This document shows, piece by piece, positions 41,127-49,758 of a stretch of DNA of 49,758 nt; the stretch's first letter is position 1, and each line of letters starts with the position of its first letter. The notes under the pieces are model-generated. The model ran no database searches and was not told where the DNA came from. It saw only the letters and a list, made by a program, of their open reading frames with translations. The translations under genes were made by a program, and so were the position numbers. Origin of the DNA: Thermoplasmatota archaeon (GTDB taxonomy: Archaea > Thermoplasmatota > Thermoplasmata > Lutacidiplasmatales > UBA184); contig DAIQBL010000002.1 in assembly GCA_036781185.1 (NCBI GenBank), positions 1-49,758 of the forward strand, in the 5' to 3' direction.

Positions 41127-43550
41127 GTGAGGTGCCCGGCCTTATCTCGGCCGCACCGGTGGCCGGCCGTGTTCCGCCGCGTCGCGGTCGTCCTCATCGC
41201 GACGCTACTCTTCGGGGGTGTCGTTGCGCTCCATCCGGCGACGTCCGCCGCCGCCTCCGACGTCGAGAAGGGGCGGCTGGTCGTAGCCGCGGACGGCGCG
41301 CCCCTCGCGGTCGCCCTGAACCCGCTCGGGGCCGCGACGCCGCTCGCCCTGACCGTTTCCCTCGAGCCCCGAGGGGCGACCGATCTGGCGAAGCTCGACT
41401 CGGCCCTCGCCGGCCCCCACCCTCCGTCGTACGTCACCGAACGACTATTCGAGCAACGGTTCTCGCCGTCCGCCGCGAACCGGACGGCCCTCGAGCGGTA
41501 CTTTTCGGGGTTCGGTGGGACCGGGTTCTCCACGACCCCCGACGGGCTGACGCTGCGACTTTCGATCCCCGCCGGCGGCGCGGAGCAGGCGTTCGCCACC
41601 GAGCTCGGGTCGAGGCCCGGCGGGGCCCCGTCGTCCTGGAGCTGGTCGCGCGTCCCCACGCTGCCGACGTCGATCGCTCCGATGGTCGCCGGGGTGGGCG
41701 GCCTCGCCCGAACCGCGTACGTTCCCGCGACGCCGCTCCGCGAGGTCCATCAGGGCCCGCGGACCGCCTTACCGACGTACGCGATCGACGGCAACGTGTC
41801 CGGCGCGGATCTGTACGCTGGAGCGGACTACGTCCAGGCCTACGGCGAGAATCGCCTGTTTCCGAACGGGAGCGCGTCGGGCGTGAACCACACGTTCGCG
41901 ACCGGCCAGGCGGTGGCGACGATCCTGATGAGCGGCTTCAACTCCACGACGCAGACGGATCTGCCGCCCTGGGACCCGTCGCAGATCTTCGACTACTTCA
42001 ACGACACGTTCCCATCGAACTGGCCGGTCCCGAAGTACTCCGGCGTCCCCGTGACGGTCTCCGGCGTCACGCCGCCGCTCCCCGGCCCGTACAACGGGGC
42101 GAACGACACCTCGTTCGACGAGGCCGAGAACTCCCTCGACATCGAGATGGCCGGGAGCGCCGCGCCCGGGGCGGCCGTCGTCAACTTCTACTTCGCCGCG
42201 AGCCTGTTCGAGAACGTCCCGACCGGCGCACCCTTCGGGCCGGTCGCCGACGACTTTGCGACCGCCCTCGGGGACGCGCTCTCGTACAACTACTCCGGTG
42301 CCCGGCTCGACGCCGTGACGAACTCCTTCGCGCTGCCGGACCTGAACGACTCGGCCTGGAACCTGGAGCTTGCCCACGCCGCCGCGACGGGCGTGACGGT
42401 GGTTGCGGCGAGCGGCGACCAGGGGAACGCGCCGGCCGCGCTCTCGGGCCGGTTCCAGGGGCAGTGGCCCGGGTGGCCGACGACGGCCGCGTTCGATTCG
42501 TTCGGCACCGTCTCGGTCGGCGGGGCCTCGATCTCCGTGGTAGGGGACGCGAGCGGAACGTACCGGGGGAACAGCTCGCTCCCCGACCAGTTCGACCCGA
42601 ACGTGACCGGGATCGCGGCGCAGTCGGCCTGGTACGACTCGGCCGGGGCCAACTTCTCCGGCACGGAGGGCGGGCTCAGCTTAGTGATTCCCGAGCCGGC
42701 GTGGCAGTTCGATTCGGCCGCCCAGCCGGCGATCGCGAGCGCGGGCGGCGCCCAAGGAGCGTCGTTCCTCGGTCGGGCGACCCCCGACGTCGCCTTTCCC
42801 GCCAACGAGACGATCGCCTACGTCGCGCACGACGCCAGCGGAACGTACTTCGCGATCCTCGAGGGAACGAGCATCGCCTCCCCGTTCTTCGCCGGGCTGC
42901 TCACCGAGTGGTCCGCCGTCGCGGGCCACCCGTTCGGCTTCGTCGACCCGGCCCTCTACCGCATCGCCGGGTACTACGCGGCGCACCCCGGGGCCGGCGA
43001 CCCGTTCCTCGACGTGACGTCGGGAGCGAACTACGTGTTCGCCGCCGGCCCTGGCTGGGATGCGGCCACCGGGTGGGGCGGGATCGACGGGGCCGCGTTC
43101 CTCGGGGCGTACGCGAACGGGACGGTCCGGGACTTCAACTACACGGGCCCGACGCCCGGATTGCCCACGATCGGCCTCCCCCTGACGCCGGCCACGCCCG
43201 GCCTCACGCTCCTCCTGATCGTCGCCGGCGTCGTCCTCGCGGTCGCCCTCGTGGCGCTCGTCGTGTGGGATGAGCGGGTCCGGCGGACGAAGCTCCCGCC
43301 GACGGGACCGTACCAATCGCCGTCGTGGTCGTACGCCCCGGGGCCGCCCCCTCCCCCCGCATGGGGTTCGGGACCCCCGCCGCCGGCTCACCCGTACGGG
43401 ATTGCCGCGCCTCCGCCGTATGGGGGCCACGCCCCGGGGGCCCCCCCGCCCTGGGGCCCACCTCCGCCGCCGGCGTGGTTCGTCTGCCCGTACTGTGGGG
43501 CCCCGCGCCCGGCGGAACCGGTCCGGTGCCCCGGGTGCGGCGCGTTCTGA
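41127..43550 (+). CDS. Sedolisin (peptidase S53) with pro-kumamolisin activation domain, C-terminal TM anchor, Pro-rich segment and zinc ribbon
   Basis: GTG ORF of 807 aa (alternative GTG at 41169). Elements: signal-like VAVVLIATLLFGGVVAL, propeptide region, catalytic-Ser motif EGTSIASPFFAG, GWDAATGWGGIDG, TM LTLLLIVAGVVLAVALVALVVW, then PPPPPAW... and CPYCG...CPGCG. Confidence 0.8.
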   Translation: MRCPALSRPHRWPAVFRRVAVVLIATLLFGGVVALHPATSAAASDVEKGRLVVAADGAPLAVALNPLGAATPLALTVSLEPRGATDLAKLDSALAGPHPPSYVTERLFEQRFSPSAANRTALERYFSGFGGTGFSTTPDGLTLRLSIPAGGAEQAFATELGSRPGGAPSSWSWSRVPTLPTSIAPMVAGVGGLARTAYVPATPLREVHQGPRTALPTYAIDGNVSGADLYAGADYVQAYGENRLFPNGSASGVNHTFATGQAVATILMSGFNSTTQTDLPPWDPSQIFDYFNDTFPSNWPVPKYSGVPVTVSGVTPPLPGPYNGANDTSFDEAENSLDIEMAGSAAPGAAVVNFYFAASLFENVPTGAPFGPVADDFATALGDALSYNYSGARLDAVTNSFALPDLNDSAWNLELAHAAATGVTVVAASGDQGNAPAALSGRFQGQWPGWPTTAAFDSFGTVSVGGASISVVGDASGTYRGNSSLPDQFDPNVTGIAAQSAWYDSAGANFSGTEGGLSLVIPEPAWQFDSAAQPAIASAGGAQGASFLGRATPDVAFPANETIAYVAHDASGTYFAILEGTSIASPFFAGLLTEWSAVAGHPFGFVDPALYRIAGYYAAHPGAGDPFLDVTSGANYVFAAGPGWDAATGWGGIDGAAFLGAYANGTVRDFNYTGPTPGLPTIGLPLTPATPGLTLLLIVAGVVLAVALVALVVWDERVRRTKLPPTGPYQSPSWSYAPGPPPPPAWGSGPPPPAHPYGIAAPPPYGGHAPGAPPPWGPPPPPAWFVCPYCGAPRPAEPVRCPGCGAF

Positions 43551-43556
43551 GCCGCG

Positions 43557-44177
43557 CTACGCGGGGCCGGCGGGGCTCGAGGCCTCGTCGGGGGCGGGCG
43601 CGGCGGCCTCGGCCGGGGATTCGGCGCCCTCGAGATTCGTCGGGACCCCGAGGCTCGCGGGGGTGACCTTCAGCTTCGTCTCGAGGAACCGACGGATATC
43701 CTCGGGCTTGGTCGAGGCGATCCCGAAGTACTCCGCGAACGCCTTCGTCGTCCAGAGCTCGAGCGTGGACCCTTTCGGCTCCGCCCGGATCAATCCGAGC
43801 GCCCGCAGGCGTTCGACCTCCTCGTACGCGGCCTCCCCGAGCATCTTCGCGAGCAAGCTCTGCAGGACCGGCTGGTGGTAGGCGACGAGCGTGAGGGCCT
43901 TCAGCGTACGGGGCGCCATCTCGACCGGCGTCACGGACTGGGCGGCGGGAACGAACTCCGGCCGGAGCTGGAGCGCGTACCGGTCGCCGACGTGGCGGAC
44001 TTCGAGCGCCGTCTGGCGGCCGTCGTAGGCGCGGATGAGCTTCTTCAGCGCGGCCTGGACCGGCCGGAAGTCCCCGGCCCCCAGAGTGTCGGTGAGCTCC
44101 TTGACGCTCAGCGGCTTTCCCGAGGCGAACAGGACCGCCTCGACGCGGAGCTGGAGGTCGTCGACCTTCGCCGGCAC
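43557..44177 (-). CDS. scpB: Segregation and condensation protein B
   Basis: GTG start at 44177, 2 nt after the scpA stop. Sequence VEAVLFASGKPLSVKELTDTL...ALEVRHVGDRYALQLRPEF...TLKALTLVAYHQPV shows tandem winged helices typical of ScpB. Confidence 0.8.
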   Translation of the reverse strand: MPAKVDDLQLRVEAVLFASGKPLSVKELTDTLGAGDFRPVQAALKKLIRAYDGRQTALEVRHVGDRYALQLRPEFVPAAQSVTPVEMAPRTLKALTLVAYHQPVLQSLLAKMLGEAAYEEVERLRALGLIRAEPKGSTLELWTTKAFAEYFGIASTKPEDIRRFLETKLKVTPASLGVPTNLEGAESPAEAAAPAPDEASSPAGPA

Positions 44178-44179
44178 TC

Positions 44180-45172
44180 CTACGCCTCCGGAACTCGCTC
44201 GGGTCGCGCGTCGGCGATGCGGACGAGCAGGAGCGGGCTCTCGCCGAGGGACTCCTGCCGGAGCTCGACGACGCGCTCGCGGGCGAGGAACAGGAGCGCG
44301 AGGAAGACGGAGACGAGCCGGTCTCGGCCCTCCGCTTCGCGCCACAGTTCGGTGATCGGGAAGGCGACGTGGGCCGGGTGACGAAGCGAAACCTCCCAGA
44401 CGTCGACGAGGTCCCGCTCGGGGATGTCGCCGTGGACGAGCACCTCGGGCGCGGCCCGCTGCTCTTCGCGAAGTCGCTCGCGGAGCTCTTGAATCCGGAG
44501 CGACCGGCGGGCGTCCTCCTCGGCATTCCCGAACGCGTGGACGAGCTCGAGCAGGCTCACCGGCCGGGTCTCCGGGTGGCGCACCATCTGGACGAGCGCC
44601 GGGTCCTGGGTTTCGCCGAGCACGGCGGTCGTGACGTCGACGGCCTCCGGCGTCCCGAGCGCCCCAAGGTAGCCGTCGTCGAGCGTAGCGAGCGTGGCCG
44701 ACGGGTCCGCGGGGTCCCCGAGCGGGGAGGCGGGAACCGCCCGGTTCTGGAGGAGCTCTTTCGATTGGAGGTAGAGGATGCTCCAGGCCATGTACAGCAG
44801 CCGACCGGCGACGGCGAAATCGACGCCCCCCTGCGAGCGGACTCGCTCGAGGTACGCCTCCGTGAACCGGGCGAGGTCGATCTCCCAAGGGTCGAACGCC
44901 TCGTCCATGACGAGCTCGAACAGCATCGCCGTCGCCTTCTGGTACGGGTCGGCGATCACGATGTGGACGCCCTCCTTCATGTCGCGCACGAGGGTCAGGT
45001 ACCGCTCGAGCAGTGCCGGCGCCGCATCGGATTCGCCGAGGAGCGATCGGTGGAAGATCAGGTAGTTCAGCATCCGCTCGGCGGCTTCCCGGGACACCGG
45101 ATCGAGCTGTCCGCCCGGGACCGGAGCCACGGACGCGGCGAGTTCGGTCGCCGCCTGCTCGCTGATCGTCAT
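44180..45172 (-). CDS. scpA: Segregation and condensation protein A (kleisin)
   Basis: 330 aa. Motifs FDPWEIDLARFTEAYLERV and GRLLYMAWSILYLQSKELL. ATGA overlap with the smc stop. Confidence 0.85.
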   Translation of the reverse strand: MTISEQAATELAASVAPVPGGQLDPVSREAAERMLNYLIFHRSLLGESDAAPALLERYLTLVRDMKEGVHIVIADPYQKATAMLFELVMDEAFDPWEIDLARFTEAYLERVRSQGGVDFAVAGRLLYMAWSILYLQSKELLQNRAVPASPLGDPADPSATLATLDDGYLGALGTPEAVDVTTAVLGETQDPALVQMVRHPETRPVSLLELVHAFGNAEEDARRSLRIQELRERLREEQRAAPEVLVHGDIPERDLVDVWEVSLRHPAHVAFPITELWREAEGRDRLVSVFLALLFLARERVVELRQESLGESPLLLVRIADARPERVPEA

Positions 45173-48100
45173 GCCGCCCCCGGGGCGACCGGGGCGAGGA
45201 GCGCCTCCGGCGGCCGGTCCTTGTCGTCCACGTCGACGATCTCGTCGAGCTTCAGGCCGACGACGCGCGAGCAGCCGTCGCCGTGCATCGTCACGCCAAA
45301 GAGTCGGTGGGCGAACTTCAGCGTCACCTTGCGGAGGGAGATGACCACGAACTGCGCGCGCTCCGCGTTGCGCCGGAGCATCCGTCCGACGTTCTCCGCG
45401 TTGACGCCGTCGAGGGACATGTCGACCTCATCGAAGACGTAGAGCGGGCTCGGGTCGTGGCGCTGGAGCGCGAAGACGAAGGCGAGGCTGGCGAGCGACT
45501 TCTCCCCGCCGGAGAGCTGCTCGAGCCGCTGAACGTTCTTCCCGATAGGTCGGGCTTTGATCAGAAGGCCGCCCGCCAGCGGGTCGTCCGAGTTCTCGAG
45601 AGAGATCTCCCCCTCGCCGCCCCCGGAAAGTTCGCCGTAGATCTCGTGGAACCCGGTCGCGACGGAGGCGACGACCTCCGTGAGCTTCACCCGCTTCTTC
45701 GTCTCGATCTCCCCGACGAGGGCGAGCAACTCTTGCTTCTCGTTCGAGAGCCGGTTCACCTCGGATTGGAACTCGTCGAGGCGGACCTTCTCCGCGTCGT
45801 ACTCTTCGAGCGCGCGGAGGTTGACCGAGCCCATCGACTCGAGCTGGGCGCCGACGGTCTGGATCGTCCGCTTGAGGTCGTCCACCGAGACCGGCTTCTC
45901 GTCGGCCTCGGGAGCGGGGAGCTCCTTGAGCGCGGCCTCGACCTCCGCGAGGTGAGACTCCGCCTGCTGGAGCCTCAGCTGCTCCTGGTCGACCATCGTC
46001 GACCGGGTGCGGAGGGTCTCCTGGGCTCGGGCGAGCTGATCGACCAGCTTGAGCCGGCGTTCATCGAGCTTCCGCTTCTCCTCCGCCTGGTCCTTGACCC
46101 GGTCGAGCTGCTTCGCCTCGACGGACCGGAGGGTGTCGAGGGCCGCTTTCGCAGCGTCCCGGTTCGCCCCGACCTCGGTGAGCAGCTTCTCCTTCTGGCC
46201 GATCGCGGACTTCAGGTCGGCGAGCTCGCCCTTTCGGGCGGTCGCGGCGGTTTCCGCCGCCTGCAGCGACGCGCGGACGGCCTCGAACTCCTGGCCCGCG
46301 GCGAGCCGTTCGTCGTTGGCGGCCTGGTTCGCCTCCTGCAGGGTCCGGATCTTCGTGGAGAGCGCTTCCGGGAGGTTGCCGAGGTACTCTTTCTGGTGGT
46401 CCGCGAGGGCGGCCTTCGCCTCCGCCACCGCGGTCTCGCGCCGGGTGACGAGTTCGAGCGCCTTCGCGAGCTCGGCCTCGGCGGTCGCGCGCGCCGCCCG
46501 AGCGGCCGCGGCCCGCTTCTTGACCTCGGCGAGCCGCTCGCGCGCCGACTCGAGCTCCCGGTCGAGGACCGACCGGGTCGATTCGTGCGCCTGCGTCTCG
46601 GCGGTCCGCTTGGCGAGCTCCTCGGCCATTGCCCGGACCTTCGGCCCGAGGGCGGCGAGTTCGGCTTTGGTATCGGCCTCGGTCTGGCTCTTCCCGCGCA
46701 GCTCGTCGCCGAGCCGCTTCAGCTCCGCCGCGTTGTCCGCGCCGCGGGCGTTGGCGCCGGTCTCGAGATACCCACCCGAGATCGCTCCGGTCGCCTCGAT
46801 CAGGTCGCCCTGGGAGGTGACGAGACGGACCCCGCCCATCTGGGCGCGGGCGTGGGTGAGGTCGTCCATGACGACCGTCTCGCCGAAGACGTACCAGAAG
46901 GCTCCTTGAAGCTCCTCATCGTAGTGGACGAGGTCGAGGGCGAATCCGACGGCCCCGGCCGACTGCGAGGCGACGAGGGACTTTCCCTTGGGCCGTCCGG
47001 GGAGCATCCGGTTGAGCGGGAGGAAGGTGGCCCGACCCCGCTTCTCGGCCCGCAGGAGCTTGATGCATTCCTCGGCGACCTGGTCGCTCTCGACGACAAG
47101 CGCCTGGAATCGGGCGCCCGCCGCGACCGTGAGGGCGGTGGCGTGCTCCGACTTGAAGGTCGCGAGCTCCTGGACCGTCCCACGGATCCCCGCGACCTTT
47201 CCGAGATTCCGCTGGGAGAGGATGTAGTCGACCGCGGCCATCGTTCCGCCGCCGCGGCCCCCGTCGGCCCGCGCCTTGAGTCGGGCGTCGAGCGCCATGT
47301 ACCGACGATTGAGTTCGAGAACCTCGAGCGCCAGCTTCTGGAGCTCCCCGTTCAGGTTCGTCTCGCGGTTCTTGATCTGGACGAACTCCTTCTGGAGCTC
47401 GGGGGTGGCTCGACCGCCCGACCCGCCGGGCCGGGCGTCCTTCACGCGAAGCTCGAGGTCCTTCAGCTCGATCTCGCGAGTGCGCTGGTCGTCCTCGAGC
47501 TGGGCGGCCTCCCGCTCGACGGCGGTAAGCTGCCCGTTCGCCTCCTCCTTGGCGGCGAGCGCGGTCTGCCAGGCCTTCTGGCGCTGCTCGTGGTCGGACT
47601 CGAGCCGGAGGATCTCCTTCCGGGTCCCGGCGAGCTTCCCCTGGGATTGGTCCGCTCCCGAGGTCGCGAGCTTGAGCGCCTCGGTCTGCTTCGCGAGCCC
47701 GGCATCGGCGGCGCGGAGTCGTTCGGCCCCGGCCTTCTCCTTCTTCTTCAGACCGTCGAGCTCCTTCCGGTCCCCCTCGAGCCGCGCCGAGAGCTCGGCC
47801 GCCTGGTTGGTCAGGCCCTCGAGCTCGGTCCTCGCGGCGAGGGCGTTCTCGTCGAGCCGCGCGAACGCCATCCGGCGTTCGTCGAGCTCGGTCTTGAATT
47901 TCGCGGCCTCCGGCCCTCCGTGCTTCGCGATCGCCTGTTCGACCCGGTCGATGGAGTTCGATAGCTCGGTCCGCTCGGACTCGAGCGTCTGCGTCTGCGA
48001 GCGAACGGCCTCGAGCTGGGTGCGGAGCTCGTCGAGATGCTTCGCGCACGTGTCGACCTCCTGGCGGGCCATCCGGTGGCCGGCGCGGGCGAGGCGCGCC

Positions 48101-48795
48101 TCGGCGCGCCGTCGCTCGTCCTGGAGCTCCTTGTACTGGATCGCCTGGAGCCGCTGGGACTCGAGCGTCGTCAGGTGGCTCTTGATCTCCGTGAGGAGGG
48201 TGTTGATCTGCCCGAGGTTTGTTTCGAGGTCGCCCCGCTTCCCCTCGGCCCGCGCGAGCTCCTCGTCGTACTGGGAGATGCCCGCAAGGCGCTCGACGAG
48301 TCCGCGCCGGGGGATCGGGCCCATGCTGACGATCCGGTTGACGTCCCCCTGCTGGACGAGGTTGTAGCCGTCGCCGGAGAGACGGGCGTGGGAGAGGACC
48401 GAGTCCATCTCGCCCTGGGTCGAGCGTCGGCCGTTGACGTAGAAGTACGAATAGTAGCCGTTCGGGTCCGACGGGGCGAGCTTGACGTACCGGGTCAGCT
48501 CGACCTCGTCCGTCTCGACCGGCAGAAGGCGATCGGAGTTGTCGAAGACGAGGGAGACCTCGCACTCCGTGGCCGGCTTCTTCGAGGAGCCGCCGTTGAA
48601 GAACAGGTGGGTGAGGCGGTCCGCCCTCAGTGCCTTCGAGCTTGTCGGACCGAGGACGAACAGGATCGCGTCCGAGATGTTCGACTTCCCCATCCCGTTC
48701 GGGCCGGCAACCCCCGTGAACCCCGGTTGGAACGGGATCTCGGTCGACCCGGCGAACGACTTGAAGTTCCGCACCTTGAGCCGCTTCAGGAACAT
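45169..48795 (-). CDS. smc: Chromosome segregation ATPase SMC
   Basis: Start set at ATG 48795 (MFLKRLKVRNFKSFAG...FTGVAGPNGMGKSN). Long coiled coils, a hinge, and a C-terminal LSGGEKSLASLAFVFAL...YVFDEVD. Confidence 0.95.
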   Translation of the reverse strand: MFLKRLKVRNFKSFAGSTEIPFQPGFTGVAGPNGMGKSNISDAILFVLGPTSSKALRADRLTHLFFNGGSSKKPATECEVSLVFDNSDRLLPVETDEVELTRYVKLAPSDPNGYYSYFYVNGRRSTQGEMDSVLSHARLSGDGYNLVQQGDVNRIVSMGPIPRRGLVERLAGISQYDEELARAEGKRGDLETNLGQINTLLTEIKSHLTTLESQRLQAIQYKELQDERRRAEARLARAGHRMARQEVDTCAKHLDELRTQLEAVRSQTQTLESERTELSNSIDRVEQAIAKHGGPEAAKFKTELDERRMAFARLDENALAARTELEGLTNQAAELSARLEGDRKELDGLKKKEKAGAERLRAADAGLAKQTEALKLATSGADQSQGKLAGTRKEILRLESDHEQRQKAWQTALAAKEEANGQLTAVEREAAQLEDDQRTREIELKDLELRVKDARPGGSGGRATPELQKEFVQIKNRETNLNGELQKLALEVLELNRRYMALDARLKARADGGRGGGTMAAVDYILSQRNLGKVAGIRGTVQELATFKSEHATALTVAAGARFQALVVESDQVAEECIKLLRAEKRGRATFLPLNRMLPGRPKGKSLVASQSAGAVGFALDLVHYDEELQGAFWYVFGETVVMDDLTHARAQMGGVRLVTSQGDLIEATGAISGGYLETGANARGADNAAELKRLGDELRGKSQTEADTKAELAALGPKVRAMAEELAKRTAETQAHESTRSVLDRELESARERLAEVKKRAAAARAARATAEAELAKALELVTRRETAVAEAKAALADHQKEYLGNLPEALSTKIRTLQEANQAANDERLAAGQEFEAVRASLQAAETAATARKGELADLKSAIGQKEKLLTEVGANRDAAKAALDTLRSVEAKQLDRVKDQAEEKRKLDERRLKLVDQLARAQETLRTRSTMVDQEQLRLQQAESHLAEVEAALKELPAPEADEKPVSVDDLKRTIQTVGAQLESMGSVNLRALEEYDAEKVRLDEFQSEVNRLSNEKQELLALVGEIETKKRVKLTEVVASVATGFHEIYGELSGGGEGEISLENSDDPLAGGLLIKARPIGKNVQRLEQLSGGEKSLASLAFVFALQRHDPSPLYVFDEVDMSLDGVNAENVGRMLRRNAERAQFVVISLRKVTLKFAHRLFGVTMHGDGCSRVVGLKLDEIVDVDDKDRPPEALLAPVAPGAA

Positions 48796-49004
48796 CGTTG
48801 GTCTCCCTCGGTAGGCCCGCGCTGCCGCCGACCAGGTCTGTTTGTCCGACAGATGTCGGCGGGAATCGACCACCTTGTCTGCCCGTATTTAACCGTGTGG
48901 CTTTAGTGGGCTCCGCGAACGGTGGTCCTCGGTCGAGGCCTTCCCGGGACCAGCAAGTCGACGCCGACCCACCTCCTCGGCGGACGGAACGGCCCGCTCG
49001 CCTA

Positions 49005-49013
49005 GGTTATACT
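49005..49013 (+). promoter_or_regulatory. TATA-like element GGTTATACT upstream of the 49047 membrane-protein gene
   Basis: AT-rich stretch ending 34 nt upstream of ATG 49047. Confidence 0.45.
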
Positions 49014-49046
49014 GACGACCAGCTCCGACGGGTCGGAACATTGGAC

Positions 49047-49544
49047 ATGCTGAGCACTTGGATTCTCGCGTGGGGGCACGTCATTTCGGCGATCGGCTGG
49101 TTGGGCGGGGGCATGGTCTTCGTCTTCGTGGTCGCTCCGGCCCTCTCCCGAATGTCGCCGGCGAGCTCCGGCGAGTTCCTGGTGAAGGTCGTACCCGGCG
49201 TCGTGCGGTTCTTCCAGGTGTTTGCCGGCTTGACCATCCTGTTCGGGTTCCTCCTGCTGTACAACATGGGAGGGTCGTCGCTCCTGACGAACTCGACGTT
49301 CTACGGAGTGGACCTCTCGGTCGGAATCGTGCTCGCTCTGGCCGCGTTCGTCGTGTCGGAGTTCGTCGCCGCGCCGCTCCAGCTCAAGGCGGTCCGACAA
49401 ATCCAGGGCATGCTCGCATCCGGGTCGCACACGCCGCCGGCGGAGTTTCCGCGGACGTTGCAACTCGCGAGCTATACGGCGATCCTCACCGCGGTGCTGT
49501 TGATCTTGACCTCGATCTGTATGGTCGGGGCGGGCTTCTACTAA
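49047..49544 (+). CDS. Integral membrane protein, 4 TM helices (CopD-like / DUF-type, tentative)
   Basis: Start set at ATG 49047 (MLSTWILAWGHVISAIGWLGGGMVFVFVVAP...) within track ORF 48798..49544. Four clear hydrophobic spans. Confidence 0.55.
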   Translation: MLSTWILAWGHVISAIGWLGGGMVFVFVVAPALSRMSPASSGEFLVKVVPGVVRFFQVFAGLTILFGFLLLYNMGGSSLLTNSTFYGVDLSVGIVLALAAFVVSEFVAAPLQLKAVRQIQGMLASGSHTPPAEFPRTLQLASYTAILTAVLLILTSICMVGAGFY

Positions 49545-49613
49545 ACCCCTGGAGGGGCCCGTGGCGCGGGCGCGGCACGATACGGCTTCATACGACAATT
49601 CGTCTGCGCCCGC

Positions 49614-49758
49614 GTGAGCCTCTCCGATGTACAGACCTGGGTGAGCATCGCCGCCTCGACGGCCCTCGTCATCTCGGTCTGCCTACTCGCGTTCAACGTC
49701 CGCGCGAGCCGCATCGACGCCCGGCGAAACCTCGCCTTCTCCATGATGGAGCAGGTGA
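49614..49758 (+). CDS. Possible N-terminal fragment of a membrane protein, cut by the window edge
   Basis: The frame is open from GTG 49614 to the edge. It translates MSLSDVQTWVSIAASTALVISVCLLAFNVRASRID..., which contains one hydrophobic helix. It is not in the ORF track because it is truncated. Confidence 0.3.
   Translation, partial: MSLSDVQTWVSIAASTALVISVCLLAFNVRASRIDARRNLAFSMMEQV

Noticed and set aside
45283-47964. 893-aa ORF antisense to smc, and similar long antisense or off-frame ORFs (e.g. 1104..2387 -, 5284..6759 -, 7793..9265 -, 15840..17585 -, 22728..25394 +, 25074..27197 -, 31115..33400 -, 37311..39272 -, 41114..43273 +).
   Set aside because: All have Arg/Gly/Pro/Asp-rich composition without motifs, and each overlaps a confidently identified gene in another frame. 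They are GC-driven open frames, not genes.
48796-49046. Possible small RNA gene in the largest intergenic region, the 251-nt spacer between smc and the membrane-protein gene.
   Set aside because: It contains two TATA-like elements facing outward and one tiny hairpin (CCGACA..TGTCGG) with a loop too short to be stable. It has no tRNA-like, C/D-box (no UGAUGA/CUGA pair) or SRP/RNase P motifs that I can recognise. It is most simply read as a divergent promoter region with a smc 5' leader.

Overview
This is a very GC-rich, tightly packed archaeal chromosomal segment. Archaeal hallmarks include gatD/gatE, glycerol-1-phosphate dehydrogenase (egsA), an ftsZ-secE-spt5-rpl11 cluster, an Orc1/Cdc6-type AAA+ protein, Hel308, UPF0179, and AT-rich TATA-like octamers 20-40 nt upstream of many start codons. 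The gene content looks euryarchaeal or Thermoplasmatota-like, but that placement is only a guess. I call 49 protein-coding regions (two cut by the window edges) and two tRNA genes. I saw no rRNA, CRISPR array, integrase or transposase. Most of the window is housekeeping: gatDE, leuS, aconitase, an IDH-type dehydrogenase, acyl-CoA dehydrogenase, queE, dcd, smc-scpA-scpB, NFACT/Rqc2, Hel308 and MscS. Seven observations seem worth a second look. (1) An accessory islet at about 3.5-7.5 kb abuts tRNA-Arg; it holds an HTH_10 regulator, a PD-(D/E)xK nuclease, an 82-aa ORF, a translationally coupled wHTH + nucleotidyltransferase (AbiE-like) pair and a possibly degenerate P-loop protein. (2) Both tRNA genes (Arg-GCG, Pro-UGG) carry 32-34 nt inserts at the same D-loop position, and the inserts share a 10-mer. 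(3) Spt5/NusG carries a ~180-aa N-terminal extension with a beta-rich domain. (4) Two unknown small genes are coupled to rpl11 where L1-L10-L12 normally sit. (5) There is a Lys/Ala/Pro-repeat, histone-H1-like protein. (6) The Orc1/Cdc6 paralog has lost its Walker-A lysine. (7) Two unrelated ectoproteins share a C-terminal TM + zinc-ribbon tail. All family assignments come from motif recognition by eye on the supplied translations. No database search, covariance model or composition statistic was run. Because of the GC content almost every frame is open, so many long track ORFs are shadow ORFs and many start codons are uncertain.
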